Origin: Carcharhinus amblyrhynchos
Taxonomy: Eukaryota
Direction: 5' to 3'
NCBI GenBank assembly: GCA_965287045.1
Contig: OZ336881.1
Coordinates: 52,080,001 to 52,144,000 of the forward strand
Length of the DNA stretch: 64,000 nt
The position numbers and the translations under genes were made by a program. This document shows, piece by piece, positions 49,876-63,624 of this stretch. The notes beneath the pieces were generated by a model. The model had not been told where the DNA came from, made no database searches, and worked only from the letters and a program-made list of their open reading frames with translations. Numbering within the stretch: the stretch's first letter is position 1; each line of letters starts with the position of its first letter.

Positions 49876-51589
49876 ATTATTCAGTGATTCTTTAGTTTTT
49901 ATGGATCTGGTATTTTATCATGAGACTAAAATCAGCTAAACTGAGTTAAGCATGTTGTCCCTGTTTTTATATTACATTTTTAAACTTGTCCCAATTGGAT
50001 CAACACCATTGTTGCTTTCTGTCTCTCTGATTTTCTGCTGGGAAATGAAAAGAGTTTCTACTCCGTAACCAATAATTACAGCTGTACAAAGACTTGTGTG
50101 AACGTTAGTGAACACTGATGCTGATGCTTAGTTTTATCTTGACACAGCAATCTTATCTCATCTTCAGAAGAGTGCACCCTGGCACTGGGCAGTCATTTCT
50201 ATCCTTCACATCTAAGGCAACACCGACCTACTTGAGTTCAAACCCACAGACTCGAGTTTACGAGTGAACGAGCAAAGAGTGTTTACTTTCTGTGGATGCT
50301 AATGAAACTGGAAAACGTATTTTATTTGTGATCGTGACAGGCCTACATTATTGAAAAGGCACTTCAATGTGTACAATACAGGACTTTGACTCTGAACACG
50401 TTAACTTTATTCTGAATCTAAAAGTAACAATTAATCACGACATAAATGAAAAATATTGAATGAGATTTTGCAGATTCCATCCCAAATTTTTTAGTCAGGT
50501 ATTTGTTCAGTTTCTGTACTGATTCATTAGGAATGTTCAACTCAAATATTAGAGTCCACGATGTTGCTCCAATGACAGAGAGAGAGAAAAAGAGAGACCC
50601 AATAAAAATCTTTTAAAGATCTTATGCTCCCAGTGGAACGAATAGGCCTCTTGGGGGAGATAATTGATCCCCTTTGGAATTGATTGTCTATCCTTAGCAA
50701 TAATTACAAATCAGTACCTCCACTACTAATCATGTCAAAGCTTGTGGTAACAGAATGGCTGAGAAAATGGTATGTGCGCAAAGTGGAGTTCAATCCCAGT
50801 GTAGCGCAGACGCCAGATGGCAGCACCACAAGGAATTGACCCATCATCCTTGTTTTCTTACTGTAGGACCAAGACACCAAGTTCATTCCCAAAGTTAGCC
50901 CATCAGTCCTGGGGTGGTGAGGGGAGTGGGGGCATGGCAGAACTGGCTGGCTTGGATGTCAACTGAGGCTTTTAGTTGATTCTGGGATGTGGAAGAACCA
51001 ATCATGAGCATCCCTGCTCCTCCCAGCTGTGTAATAAGGTAAGTAAAAAGGTTAGAAAGTATTCAGCCCAACAGATCCATGCTGGTTGCAACTTACCTTC
51101 CTGATGGTGGCCTACAATGGACCCTTGAGGCACTATAGGTTTGGCTACCGAGGACCCGAATTTGATCAGAATATTCACAGCTCAAGATGCGTCAGTTGTA
51201 ATCAATTTTTTAAAAGGAGACCTCAAAGAGGTATGAGTCCCCTCATTATCAAGACAAAGAAGCTAATACCTGTGTCATGCAGCCTCACTGGATATCTACA
51301 GAGGAATATTGACTTACATGGCAGATGATAAAAATGTGCATGTCATATTAAGACTCTTGGGCATCCACTTGACCCTATAATGGGAACAGTGCAACCTAGT
51401 ATCCAAGTTAGGGAATGAGAAATGTTATAATATCTCAATTAGAGCTCCCTTGTCTTCAATTTGGTTTTTGACTGAGCTGGTTGACTTTAATGCTCTGAAG
51501 CTTACGATTCAATTCATCTGAGGCCTTTAGAGGTGAATTTCCCAGAGTAGCCTGGGAATTTCCTCAGACATGTTCAGTTATTTGGCGGG

Positions 51590-51738
51590 TGGGCAGGAGG
51601 GGGGGAGGGAGAGGGGGAGAAGGGGGGGGAAGGGGAGGAGGGGAGGAGGAGAGGGGAGGGAGAGGGGAGGGAGGGGGGAGAAGAGAGGGGAAGTGGAGGA
51701 GGAGAGGGGGGGGAGATGAAAGGGAGGGGGGGGGAGGG
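51590..51738 (+). repeat. Polypurine G/A low-complexity tract
   Basis: About 150 nt of nearly pure G/A with many G runs. Confidence 0.9.
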
Positions 51739-54700
51739 TATTGCATTCACCCATGCCTTCATTACCAGAATTCAAAATGGTGTTATGATTGGAAGTGAAG
51801 CAATGATAAAACTAGGTTCTATCCCAAATTCCTGGACAAAAACAGAATTTTTTTTTCCTAGAATTCTTGAAGCTTTCAATTTTGGTAGACAGATTATTTG
51901 AGAAATTCTAATATTTGTTTTGGAGGTATGATAGCTTTTTCTCAGCAGTTGTCCAGGAATTGGATACTAACAAATATTTTGGCCAATTTTGCTAGCAATG
52001 GAGAGAACACATTACCCATCATAAAGCTCTTAGGAGATTGGTTACTGATAGTTTCATAGATAAATGCTCACTATCAAGTTCACACAACATTCTGAAAGCA
52101 AGTATTACATCATTCTGGGCACCTGCTATTAGTGTGGTACAGTGTTTGGACTTACACCAATGCCAATGTACAGCAGAAATTGGAAATTTAGCATTGGTAA
52201 AGAGAGCTTCATTGAGAGTGATCTTGCTCTGTTATTATTGAACATAATTGACACAATTGTGGGTACATCTGCAGCCAATTGCGTAGTCAATCGTGAAGTC
52301 AATATTGTACCAGCATAACTGGAATAAGAGATGTTAAAATAGGAAATCATCCTGACCAGGAAGTTTGTCACCAGCATATATAAGAAAAATTATGGATGGT
52401 TCTCCAACAAGTTTCTGATATTCCCTAGAGATGGGGGAGGCTCACAGTCATGAACACTGATTTGGAAAATGTAGGTTCTGACCTATCACAAAGTTCTGAA
52501 ATGGGGTAGACATGATTCTTCTGGGTTCAGAGAAAGATATCTGACAATGACAATGGGCCTGAATTAACTCTGTGTGAATGATGCAGTTTTGAGTGAGTTA
52601 AAATCTCAGCCATGTTGCCAATAGAATTAATGGGTATTTAGTTATCTATGTAAAACTAAAAGTTTTGATTAGATTTGCACAAGTTATCCAACAAAATCAT
52701 AATTTCCACATGGGGAAAGGGAGGACATTTGATCCTCATTCATGTCATCTATCTTTAGCTCAAATATATCTCGAATTTTTGGTTTCACGACCCATAGAAT
52801 TAATGCACCAAAAATTTTGACAGTGTAAAGGCAGGTCAATTAGCCCATCATCATCTACTCTTCCCTCTCCCTATAGCTTTGTATCTTCCTCAGTTTCAAT
52901 CATTTATTCACTTATACCTTATAAAAGATGCAATCATCTTTCCACAGAAATGCCCTGTGGCAAAGCATTCCACATTTCACTAATCCTCTGCATTGACATT
53001 TCTCCTGGCCTCTCTCCTCCCTTCCTGACATTGGCTCCAAACTGTCCTTTGTCCAGTTTTAGCCAAATCTTCTTCTGAATATCTTAGTGTTCTTTGAATA
53101 TACCTTATCTGTACTGTTAGTTATTTTATGTTAAATTAATTTCAAAAAGGAAAAACATATGATGTATAAAAATTACAGTAGTTTCCTGGTGAAATAACAT
53201 GCAGATCTGAGTCTTGGATAGATATTGGCCACTTGCCTATTGAAGAATTGTAATTTTGGTTGTGTAGCATGCTAATAAGTTGACCTTGTACCTCTGAGGC
53301 TCAGCACTGAAATCAACCCAACCCAACTCATGAAAGTGCTTAATTCAGGTTTTTGGTGACAAAAGTAGGAAAATATTTCACCTCCTCAGAAACTAGCATG
53401 CTTTCTTTCAATGAAAACAATAGTTTTGCCAAAAAAAACATGATAATTACTAACAAAATAGTAAGTTATAATTTGTAATGCCAAATAAAATTTAAACCAG
53501 TGCAAGTAACTTCAGGTGGAAGAGATTTCTGTAACTCTATCAGTTAATTAATTTGACTTTGCAGCTTTGGCTTAGAAAGGGTTACTTTCAATAGAGTACT
53601 GCATTTATACTTTACTTTGTTCTATTCCAATGCTCTTCTTATTTCATTTTTAATGACATACAGCTAATAATTACACAATGAGACAATTTATTTTCCAACA
53701 ATCTTAATAAGAGGACAACATCTCCCTGCTAATGTATTTGGTCTTTATTACTTAATGTGGAGAAAGCTCATAGTTTCTTCTGCTTATCCAAGATGACACA
53801 AGTAAAGCCGTTGAAATTTGCAATTATCAGTTAAAATCTAAATACAGGGACATTCTGGTTTTCTGTGTTGCAATAATCAGGATCATTTCAATGTTAATCA
53901 CTGCATTTCCCTGCTGCTTATTTTGTTTTTAATTCTTATCCTGGACAAAAGTGATGGTTTGTGAAATGGATATTATATTGTAAACTAGTATCATGGAAAT
54001 CATATGCCATCGGACTGACTGTACGATGCATCATGCCATAAATACATTTTCTGAAGACTTCTTTTTAATTTGCAGATTACAATCTAACACTTGGTTCTCC
54101 AAGTGTTGAGATAATTTTTTGACCAAGATGATTAAAGACTTAGTTTGAAAAGGCACATAGTGCACAAAAGGCTTTTAGGCAGTCACAGTTCCGTTAACGT
54201 GAAAATAAAGATGTTTATTATTACAGTCTAATCTGAATTTGCTTTAACATCAAACTCATTTAATAAAAAGAGCAATCAGCACTCATAAGCCCGACAGACA
54301 GTATGTATATAATTTGTTTCCTATGGGTTTGTAATAGGATGATTATCACATTCCCACGAGACAGTCTGGCAGACTTTAAAAGGTCTTTCCGATACCTATA
54401 ATGGCTGAGGGCAGCAACTAATTCAATAGATTCGATCAAAATCATCCCTGCTTTCACTGTGCCTGATTTATTACTTCAGCTATGGGTATTCATCACTCAT
54501 TTTATTTTGATGTTGAAGCCTCATAAATTATGCCTCATAAATAAGAAGAAATAATCAGCAAAATTATATCAGCCTATCTACAACCTTGGCATAAATTCTT
54601 CCCCTTGTGGAAACACACGCAACTGATGTTTGAAAAGAATAATCTGCAAACAAAAATGTGTATATGCTCACAGTCTGCCATCTTCTTCGGTTATGGAGTG

Positions 54701-54987
54701 CATAGAGAAAGATGTAGCTCATACTAACTCAATGGGAAATCAGCAGCACTAACATTATGAGGGCAAATGGGTGTGTCGGGTACCTGGTGAGACTGGTTTA
54801 AAAAGTAAGACTTCAGTTTGAAAAGAACACGCCAAAAATACTTATGGACATTTGATTCTGTGATAGGAATATTATGGCATTCAATACTAAACCCGAATCT
54901 AAATTTGCCTGAACATCAAATGCATGTTTAGTATTCAGGCAAAGTAATAACGTTTTTATAATAAATGTTTCTATTTTCCAATATCAT

Positions 54988-55123
54988 GGCTGGAACTCTT
55001 TGGCCGTGCATACTCCATCGTTGCTGCCAGCGAGGATGGAAACTTTGTTGCTCAGCCAAATTTCCATTCACTTTAGCAGGATGGGAGAATCCCAGCTGTA
55101 GGCGAGGTTGGAGAATCTGGCCC
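54988..55123. mobile_element. Short MITE
   Basis: ggctggaactct...agaatctggccc termini. Confidence 0.6.
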
Positions 55124-55129
55124 TGTACT

Positions 55130-55525
55130 CGAGAGTTTAAACGTTCTTTTGCATAGCGTGGCTCCATAGTGCCACTGCAACCCATAGCACAGAAGCCCAT
55201 TGCCCCCTGTCTCGAATGTAATCAATGTCTGAGTATCCGCAGCTCTCTGGGATAGAGAATTCCAAAGATTCAGGGCACTTCAAGAGAAGAAAATCCTCAT
55301 CTCAGTCCTGATTGACCAACTCCTCATTCTGAGGCAACGAAAATATGTTGCAGACTCCTCAGTGAGGGATAACCTATTCTCAACCTCCACCTATAGCAAG
55401 TCCCTCAAAGATTTCATATTTCACGTAAATCATCTCCCACTCTCTAAACCCCAGGAAATTTAGATCTCGTCTACTCAATTCCCACTCATAGAACAACTCC
55501 CACACCCCAGGAAACAGTCCAATGA
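55130..55525 (-). mobile_element. Degenerate CR1 3' fragment
   Basis: gctctctgggatagagaattccaaagattc is the reverse of an NLWNSLSQRAA-like motif. Confidence 0.6.
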
Positions 55526-55534
55526 ACCTTCATT

Positions 55535-55848
55535 TTTCAGATGAAATATTTAAACCAAGGGTCCTTCTCTCCTCTCAGGCATGTGCAAAAGATCCCATTG
55601 TACTATTTCATCAAAAAGCAAGACAGTTATCCCTGAATCACTGTCCAATAAGTGTCCCTCAATCAACATCACAGAGAAAAATAATATCTAGTTATTGTCA
55701 CATTGTGGGGGCTTGCTGTGTGAAAATTGACGGCTGCAAGTCCTACATTACAGCATTAACTCCATGTCAAATTATTTCATTAAGTTTAAAGCACTTTGGA
55801 TGTGCTGAGATCATGGAAGATGTTATATAAATAAAGAAATTTCTTTTT
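55535..55848 (+). mobile_element. Deu-domain SINE (SacSINE1/AmnSINE-like)
   Basis: aaaagatcccattgtactattt...ccctcaatcaacatcac...cttgctgtgtgaaaattg...aaagcactttggatg...tatataaat resembles the DeuSINE core and tail. Confidence 0.75.
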
Positions 55849-56689
55849 GTTGCACTTCGTCTAGGACAAGTGTGCACTTCCTTAGGTAAGGAGACCATAA
55901 CTGCACTTTGGACTCTCGCGGCTGGATTTTACAGTCTCCCCATTAGACATATTTTTGGAGGTGGGGGGCACAGTAGGTACTTGAGGTACCCAGCCTGCCA
56001 TCTTCCTGCCTATCTGTCCCTCATGATATTCTAGATAATAATCGGCAGCTTGCCTATTGTACTTGAATAAATAATTAAAGGTAGATTGAGCAACAATGTG
56101 CTACTGAAGAGCCTCAATTTAGGTGAGCATGAGCGGGCCATCCGAGGCCTCATCTACTCCACTTAAAACACCGACAGGTCAGGTGTGAGTGGGAGAGCAG
56201 CCGGAAGGGAACCCAATGCATTTTATAGGCTGGTGGGGATTGTCAAATTCTGCCCCAAGTTGTTGAGATTGAGATTGAGATTTTGTAGCAGTTTCTCACT
56301 TGCAATGTTTACTATGAGCAATGACACAAACATAATAGGAACACTGATCTGCAGTTCTTACAGTCAATTTTTAATTCTTTCCCATGAAGAGGAATAATAG
56401 TTGGTGCTTTCCACCTCTGAACAGGGGTAAAGTAAATGCATCAAGAAAGCAGAGAATCCCTCAGATAAAGAGAATCTGGGTAACAATGCGGATGGTGATT
56501 CCTAGGAGCAAGCTTTTGTAGGAGATGATTAAGTTTTGTGTGTCTGACCTTGGTTTAGCTCATTGGTGTCCTCTACTTGCCCAGAGTTTAAGGCACCTGC
56601 TCTTAGATTTTAGGTAATCGTACCTTGATTACTATTGAATAACACACCGTTAAATACAACATGAAAAGTATTTGGAGATAAGATTCATA

Positions 56690-57079
56690 TAGTGACCTCC
56701 CATCCATTGATTCTGTCTGCACCTTCCACTGCCTCAGAAAAGCAGCCAGCAAAATCAAGGACCCCATGCATCCAGGACTCTTTTAGTCTTTTCCCTCTTT
56801 TCTGTTGGGAACAAGATACAAAAGTCCGAGACCTAATACCAACTAACTCAAGAACAACTTCTTCCCTGCTGCCATCAGATTTTGAATGGACTTACCATAC
56901 ATTAAGCTGATCTTTCTCTACACCCTATTTCTGAGTGCAACACTATATTCTGCACTTTCTCCTTTCTTTCACACCTTTGTACTCTATGAACAGTATGTTT
57001 TGTCTGCACAGCACGCAAGAAACAATACTTTTAACTGTATTCCAATACTTGTGCCAATAATAAATCAAATAAAATCAAA
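56690..57079 (+). mobile_element. Rex1/Babar-type LINE 3' end
   Basis: HCLRKAASKIKDP...TNxLKNNFFPAAIR remnant; tail aataataaatcaaataaaatcaaa ends about 30 nt from the exon 64 donor. Confidence 0.8.
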
Positions 57080-57108
57080 GTAACTGATAAAGAAAAAGTG
57101 CTTCTCAC

Positions 57109-57430
57109 CTGATATTCATATTCCGTATATGGAAGTAACATCGTATCTCGAAATAATGTAGAGGAGCCATTATAAACAAGTACCGTCTCTGTATTCATTG
57201 ACGGATGTGTTACTTGTCTTCTGTACAGTCCATAGTACAATATCTCACCATTGGGCTTTTTGGGCATGGACCATGATATTAAAAACACCAACTGCATTCC
57301 TGTTGCATCAGTCTGCAAATCGATGATAGGCCTGGTTTGTCCCATAGGTGGAGCTTCTAGAGTTTGCACTGAGGCCCATTCACTGCAAACACAACCAAGG
57401 ACTGTGCAAGCTTCAACACGCACTTCATAC
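57109..57430 (-). CDS. USH2A: Usherin coding exon, orthologue of human exon 64 (FN3 domains)
   Basis: 322 nt, ttctcctgaag|GTATGAA...GAATATCAG|gtgag. Translates YEVRVEACTVLGCVCSEWASVQTLEAPP...SWSMPKKPNGEILYYGLYRRQ...VYNGSSTLFRDTMLLPYTEYEYQ, matching usherin FN3 repeats (human YEIRIQACTTLGCASSDW...YNGSSTSFIDSELLPFTEYEYQ, from memory). Confidence 0.96.
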
Positions 57431-57699
57431 CTTCAGGAGAAAAAAAAAATCAGCAAGATTAGTTTTGGTATGAAATACATCAAAGTCTTGAAAAAATGAT
57501 TTGTGCCCAATGTTTTCTGTTGTTCAGAATTTCTATTTGTTAAATCTGAGCGCAACCAATGCATTTAAATCAGGCTATATATCACTTCTCTCTGTTTTTG
57601 AAGCTTTGTGGGCACTTATAATCTAAAAAAAATCTTTCCAATTAAAATTGTACAGGTTCAATCAGCTATTTTGCTCTGTTTAATAATTTTCAACAAATA

Positions 57700-58060
57700 T
57701 GAGGACATCATGGCCATATCGCTAGACTATTAATCCAGAAATTCAGCTAATGTTCTGGGAATCCGGATTCAAATCCCGCCATGGCAGATGATGGAATTTG
57801 AATTCAATAAAAAGTCCCTGGAATTAAAAATCTACCATTGTCGGAAAAACCGATCTGGTTCACTGAAGTCCTTTAGGGAAGGAAATCTGCCGCTCTTTCC
57901 TGGTCTGGCCTACATGTGACTCAAGAGACACAGCAATGTGGTTGACTCTCAACTGCCCTCTGAAATGGTCTAATAAACCGTTCAGTTTTATGGGCATCTA
58001 GGGATGGGTAATAAACCCTGTCCGACCAGCGATGCCCATGTCCCATGAATGAATAAAAAA
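57700..58060 (+). mobile_element. SINE, third family
   Basis: tRNA-like head (ggattcaaatccc B box) and tail ctagggatgggtaataaa...ccagcgatgcccatgtcccatgaatgaataaaaaa. Confidence 0.85.
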
Positions 58061-58517
58061 GTATACAGTGGTAAAAACTGGGTAATCTCAAAGGAAGCAA
58101 ATAATTTCCAGAATGGTTTAGCTTTTGCGTGGGACTCATGCTGGCTCTCAGGAATGTGGCAGTCACATTACAGGAGCTATTATGCCGGTTCTCAGTTCAC
58201 CCTCCCGCTTCCAGTATTTGACCTCAAGTGGTATTAAAATAACATTCATTCGATGGGAATGCATCATAAAATAATATGTTCTCTGTGTCCTCAACATACC
58301 CCACACTCAGTCTTCACTTCTTCTCCAGGCAGAGAACCAATCTCAAAAAGCACAAATAACCCTCACCCAGCAAATTCAATTCAGGCCGGGGACACATCCT
58401 TGTGGTAACCACTGAAGATGAAGTGTCGTCCCTCAAAAGTGGAAAATCCTGGCCAGTTATTTTAAAGGAAAGGGAAGACTTCAAGGGAACAGAGCAGCAG
58501 TGATAGAAATGAAAAGA

Positions 58518-58790
58518 GAGAACTTGCATTTATTTAGAACCTCTCATGACCTAAATGCTTTACAGCCAATTAGTTTCTACTGAAGTATTATCACTTTTGT
58601 AATGTAGGAAAGGCAACAACCCAAAAACGTATATAGCAAGTTCCCTGAAACAGCAGTGATAATGACCAAATGATCTGCTTTTACATGTTGGTTTAAGAAT
58701 AAATATAAAGGGAGCAGAGAAAAAGTTTTTGTCAGATAGTAGGAATATGGGATCATTGGTAGGATGTACTATAGTGAACAACAGGAGGGA
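58518..58790 (-). mobile_element. Deu-domain SINE, degenerate
   Basis: Reverse-complement similarity to 55535-55848. Confidence 0.6.
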
Positions 58791-58851
58791 AAATAAAAGA
58801 CAGTGTGAAAAATAGAGAGGCCCCAGGCAACAAGTGCATTCGCTACCTTGA

Positions 58852-59162
58852 TCGTAGAATCTCTACAGTGCAGAAAGAGATCATTCGGCCCATTGAGCCT
58901 ACACGAACAATCCTAGCCAGGTCCTATCCCCCTAACCCCACATATTTACACTGCTAATCCCCCTGACATGAAAGTGCAATTTAGCATGGCCAATAAGCCT
59001 ACCCCGCACATTTTTGGAATGTGGAAGGAAACTAGAGCACCTAGAGGAAACCCATGCAGACATGGGGAGAATGTGCAAATTCCACACTGATAGTTATCCT
59101 AGGCTGGAATTGAACCCGGGTCTCTGTTGCTGTGAGGCAGCAGTGCTAATGACTGTGCCACC
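58852..59162 (-). mobile_element. V-SINE/HE1-type SINE
   Basis: Head, V core and CR1-type tail. Confidence 0.88.
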
Positions 59163-60677
59163 CCTTTTTTGTCCAATTTTATGTCACCCATCTATAAAGT
59201 TCCTAAAAATATTGCTCATCACTACTTCCCTCCATCCTTTGCAGTATCAAATTATTACACCTAAATGTTTATTTCGAATGAAAGAACAGTGAAAATTAAA
59301 ATTATTTGCCCTTGGAAATTCCTCCCTGCAGTGTATTCATTCCCTAGTCAATGCATTTCCAACTCCAAGTTGTTGATAGAGGAGCGAAGCCTGAAAGTAT
59401 TTAATGAACCAGATAGGTTTGGATTAAGTTCACAGAGACTTATCAGATATGAGGATTTGTTGTTTTGTTTCCTTGCTGAACGTGCTTTATTTATTGTATA
59501 ATGAAAGAATTACAAGGGAATACATTTTATTAAATTGTGCTGTAGTGGATGTGTATGTGCTGAATGCAATTTTCCAATTTGCTTACTGTGCGTTGTGAAT
59601 GTTTCCCTATTGCTAAGTAGTCTTGAAGCTAATGGTGTAGAACTATGTTTGATTGCATAACAAACCGGTGATTGCATGGGATATGTAAGTAACCATTAGG
59701 GGGAGTGGACCCAATGTCCATGGGGGGAATTTCCTAGTGCACTGTGGGATCTGGATGTTGAGAGATGCAGGCGCACATTTGTGACTCACCCTCCGTACCT
59801 CAATGCCAAAGACCTCCTCTTCTGGAATACTACAGGTTCATTGTTTTCAGTGGTGGATCTGTTACTTATTCAGTGATACATGATAGTAGAAAGCCACCAA
59901 AACCATGAATTGGTTGTTCTTGCACTACGTTATACATGACTAGGTGAGGAATGGGGTGACGGAGAGTTGGGGGGGGTGGGGGGGAAGGGGTTATGGATGT
60001 GGTTAGAATTCATGGGCACACGAGGCAATGTTTCATGATAACAAATTGTTTTGTGCAAGTGTAGCATTGTGGATGTTTATGATATCTTGACGTTTTCCCT
60101 CTTGCTTTCCACCATAATTGTTCTTTAAGTCGAGTTTAACAGAATCTTGAAAGATACTACTCAACCAATGTAGCAATGAAAGTCTGCACTTGCAATTGCT
60201 ACTGCTGTTGCTACAACTTCACAGGCAAACTTCACAGTTCTCCACAGTAATAAGATTATTTGCCATTATGCAATCTATGCTAATGAGCATCTCACCAAAT
60301 TGGACCTTGTGTAGTTCTAGCCTCCATGACAAGAGGTCAAATGAGATTCTCATGCAGCACGTGTGGGATAATCAGCGTGCAACAACTCCACTGTTCACTA
60401 CCTGCTCCTCATCAACTTCCTCTGCTACTCAAGGTCTTATCTTTTGATTCCTTCTCAAAATTGTGGTGTGGATACTTGTGGGGGTGGTGACAATTGGGCT
60501 TCGATGAGTGGTGCTCTGTACATCACTGATTTTGTGAAGAGAACATATGGAGTTTTTCTATGTACATTAGCACACTTATCTACTTAAGCAATGTGTTGTC
60601 ATGACAAATACATCCACTTTTGTATCATGAACATGAAGGGACAACTTTCACAATATATCAATGATATCACATCCACA

Positions 60678-61604
60678 GGGGTGGAATTTTTCCTAAAAAG
60701 TGCCATAATGGCGAGAATACCAGAATAGCCAATCTGTCGTACACACTCTGGATCACAATTATCCCACACTCAGTCACTTTTTTGAAGAGATGTGTTGTGC
60801 ACTGGTACTGAGGGGGTGGGGCCTAGAGATGCCAATCAGCCTGGCTGCTGAGAGTTTGGGTGCCATTTTGCGAGTGCACCCAGTTCTCACAGTGCACTGG
60901 GGGATTCCACCCATGAACAATGTGCCCCCTCCCCCTCATTAGCAGTATCTTCCTCCAGCCCTCCGGACACAGGTCACTGGCATTGGGACCTTCCTGCATG
61001 ATCCCTGACATGCCCCCCCATCATTACCTACTTCATGATTCACCCCTCTATGAACGCCCTGCAAGGCCCCCTGAAAACACTCCTCCCCCAATGCATAGAC
61101 CCCATTCATAACTCAGGTCCCAACCCCATTCAGGCCACACTGATCGTGGGCCCCTCCATCCTTCCCTCCATCATCTCAGGTAGAGTAGCAGAAGAACCCC
61201 CCCCTTCCCCCCTCACTGATCTCAGGTAGATTGGCAACGGACCCCCCCCATCCCCCAAATGGTCTCAAGCAGAGAGCCATCAGACACTCGGCACTTACCT
61301 CCTCACTGACTGGAGGGCCCGAATCGGATCTTTGTAAAGGATGTCTGTTTCATGCTGAATCTGGTTGGGCGAACACAGTGGTAAAGGGGGAAGTGCCGGT
61401 CAGGTTGGGCGTGCAGCCCATTAAGTCAATTTTAATGGCTGTCATGCTCATTTTGGGCATGGTCCTGATTGCAGCCATTTTTGGGCCTTGGGAAAGGGGG
61501 AACTGGCGAGGAGGTGGGCGCAGATTGCACTAGTCACCTCACACTCAACTTTACCAAGTTTTTGCACCCAAAAACAGGCACAAATTGATGGTAAAATTAG
61601 GCCC
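60678..61604. mobile_element. Long non-autonomous TIR element (Harbinger-type)
   Basis: GGGGTGGAATTTT...AAAATTAGGCCC termini; C-rich interior similar to 27909-28450. Confidence 0.55.
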
Positions 61605-61784
61605 ACCAGCTAAGGAGCTCCCGAACATGAGAGCTCAGACCACATATTGACCCCGAAGAGGGTGCTGAGCGCTAATGCTGCTAAGAAACTGCCAGCAATC
61701 AAACATGCATCCTCTAACAACTTGAGCAGGAACCATTGGCCATTAAGGCCAACATCACACTCTTTCATCCTTAAATTTTTACAA

Positions 61785-62302
61785 TAATGGTTTTATGGTC
61801 ATCATTAGATATTTAATTCCAGGTTTTTAATTGAATTCAAATTTCACCAGTGGTAGGATTTGAACTCAGGTCCCCAGAGGGATGCCTTGGATCTCTGGAT
61901 TACTAATCTAGTGACAATATCACTTGGCCACCGTCTCCCCATGGGTAACCATTTTCTTTCAAACTTTCAGGTAAGCTTTCCTTTTATTTGTTTTTGGGGT
62001 ATGGGTGTTGCTGGCTGGGCCAATATTTATTACCCATCACTGAGAGCATTTGGTGTCACATGTAGGCCAGACCAGCTAAGGGCAGCAGATTTCCTTCCCT
62101 AAAGGATATTAGTGAACAAGATTGGTATTAACGGCAATTGGCAACAGTTTCATGGTCATCATTAGACTTTTAATTCCAGATTTTTATTGAATTCAAATTT
62201 CATCATCTGCTATGGTGGGATTTGAACCCAGATCCCCAGAGCATTACCTTGGGTCTCTGGATTACTAATTCAGCAACAATACCACTATGCCACTCCCTCC
62301 CC
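61785..62302 (-). mobile_element. Two adjacent third-family SINE copies (61785-61940 partial; 61990-62302)
   Basis: Repeated core catcattaga...aattccag...gaattcaaattt. Confidence 0.8.
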
Positions 62303-62342
62303 AATTTTCAGGCACAGTCTGTTACTCTATGTGTTGATATCA

Positions 62343-62610
62343 ATGGCACAGTGGTTCACACTGCTGCCTCACTGGGGTCACTGTCTGTGTGGAGTTTGCG
62401 CATTCTCCCTGTGTGTGCATGGGTTTCCTTCAGGTGCTCCCTCTTTCCTCCCACAGTCCAAAGATGTGCAGGTTAGGTGCTTTGGCCATGTTAAATTCTC
62501 CCTCAGTGTACCCAAACAGGTGCTGGAGTGTGGCGAGTAGGGGATTTTCACAGTAACTTCATTATAGTGTGAATATTAGCTGGCTTGTGACTAATAAATA
62601 ATAAACTAAA
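62343..62610 (+). mobile_element. V-SINE, second tail type
   Basis: Head with an internal deletion, V core and second-type tail. Confidence 0.85.
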
Positions 62611-63624
62611 ATAAAATCAAGCTTCAGACTTATGGTTGTCAATGCATTTCTCAACCTCTTTCTGATCTGAATCCTGTCTGAATTTCTCTTCACTGGCAAC
62701 AGTCAAATTCTGCCATTTCATTCTGTCACAGTAAGAGTGTACATGTTCTCTTGTACTGCCTGTAGTCAGTATGTTTTATCTGGAGAGAGTTGTGTCTGTT
62801 CTTACTCTTGGAGTGTGCACTTCAACAAAATAATTCAGCAGCAAGCTTCCATGAGTATAAAGAAGGTTACTTATTTGCACACACTTACCCTGAATTATTA
62901 CACTGTCACACACTTTGTCTTTTGCACACACATACACAAAAGTTTGGATGCAGATAAAATAGTGCACTTTTACAGATCACAGTTAATTCAGTCTCTGATT
63001 TATGATTTCCAGTCTCCCATGTGGCAGCGCTGTGGTTTCTTGAATAGATTTGATGATTTAACTTTGAGTGTCTTGTAAAGTGTGAGTTGTGGCACAGATA
63101 AAGTATGGCAAGCAGTGATGTGGGGTGACCATCTGCTTGGCGAGTCATAGTTTCCAGCAGCACAGCTTCTTGGTTATCTCCAGGTAGTTACATCTTCACT
63201 GGTAGGTCCAAGAGAAAGAGTCCTTCCTTCCCCTTGTCTCCCTCCCCTGCCCTCCTAATGACCAGGGATCCACTCTTCATGCGGACTTGTTCTTCATCAC
63301 AACTAGCCCAAAATTTGACAGCAGTGCCCTCACTGCCAGCTGCAGCTCTTCCTGTGGTCTGGCAGCTGCCCAATGTCATTGGCAGCCTTGCCCTCTGCTC
63401 TGAGGTGAAAATTACAAATTAACCAGCTCTTAATGAGCTCTTGAGAACTTAATTGGCCTCAACCAGGGATTGGGCAGTATCATGTAACGTTCTGCAGCTA
63501 GCCTTATAAACATATCCTTGTTTCCTCTGTTTGAAGAGTCTGGAACTAGACAGTTTGCCAGTTCTCACAAGTTCGTTAGTGGATTATGAATTTCAATTTA
63601 AAATGGACATTTTCCACGTCTTTC

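Noticed and set aside
51564-51798. Pro-rich and Gly/Arg-rich ORFs in several frames
   Set aside because: Translation artefacts of the G/A low-complexity tract.
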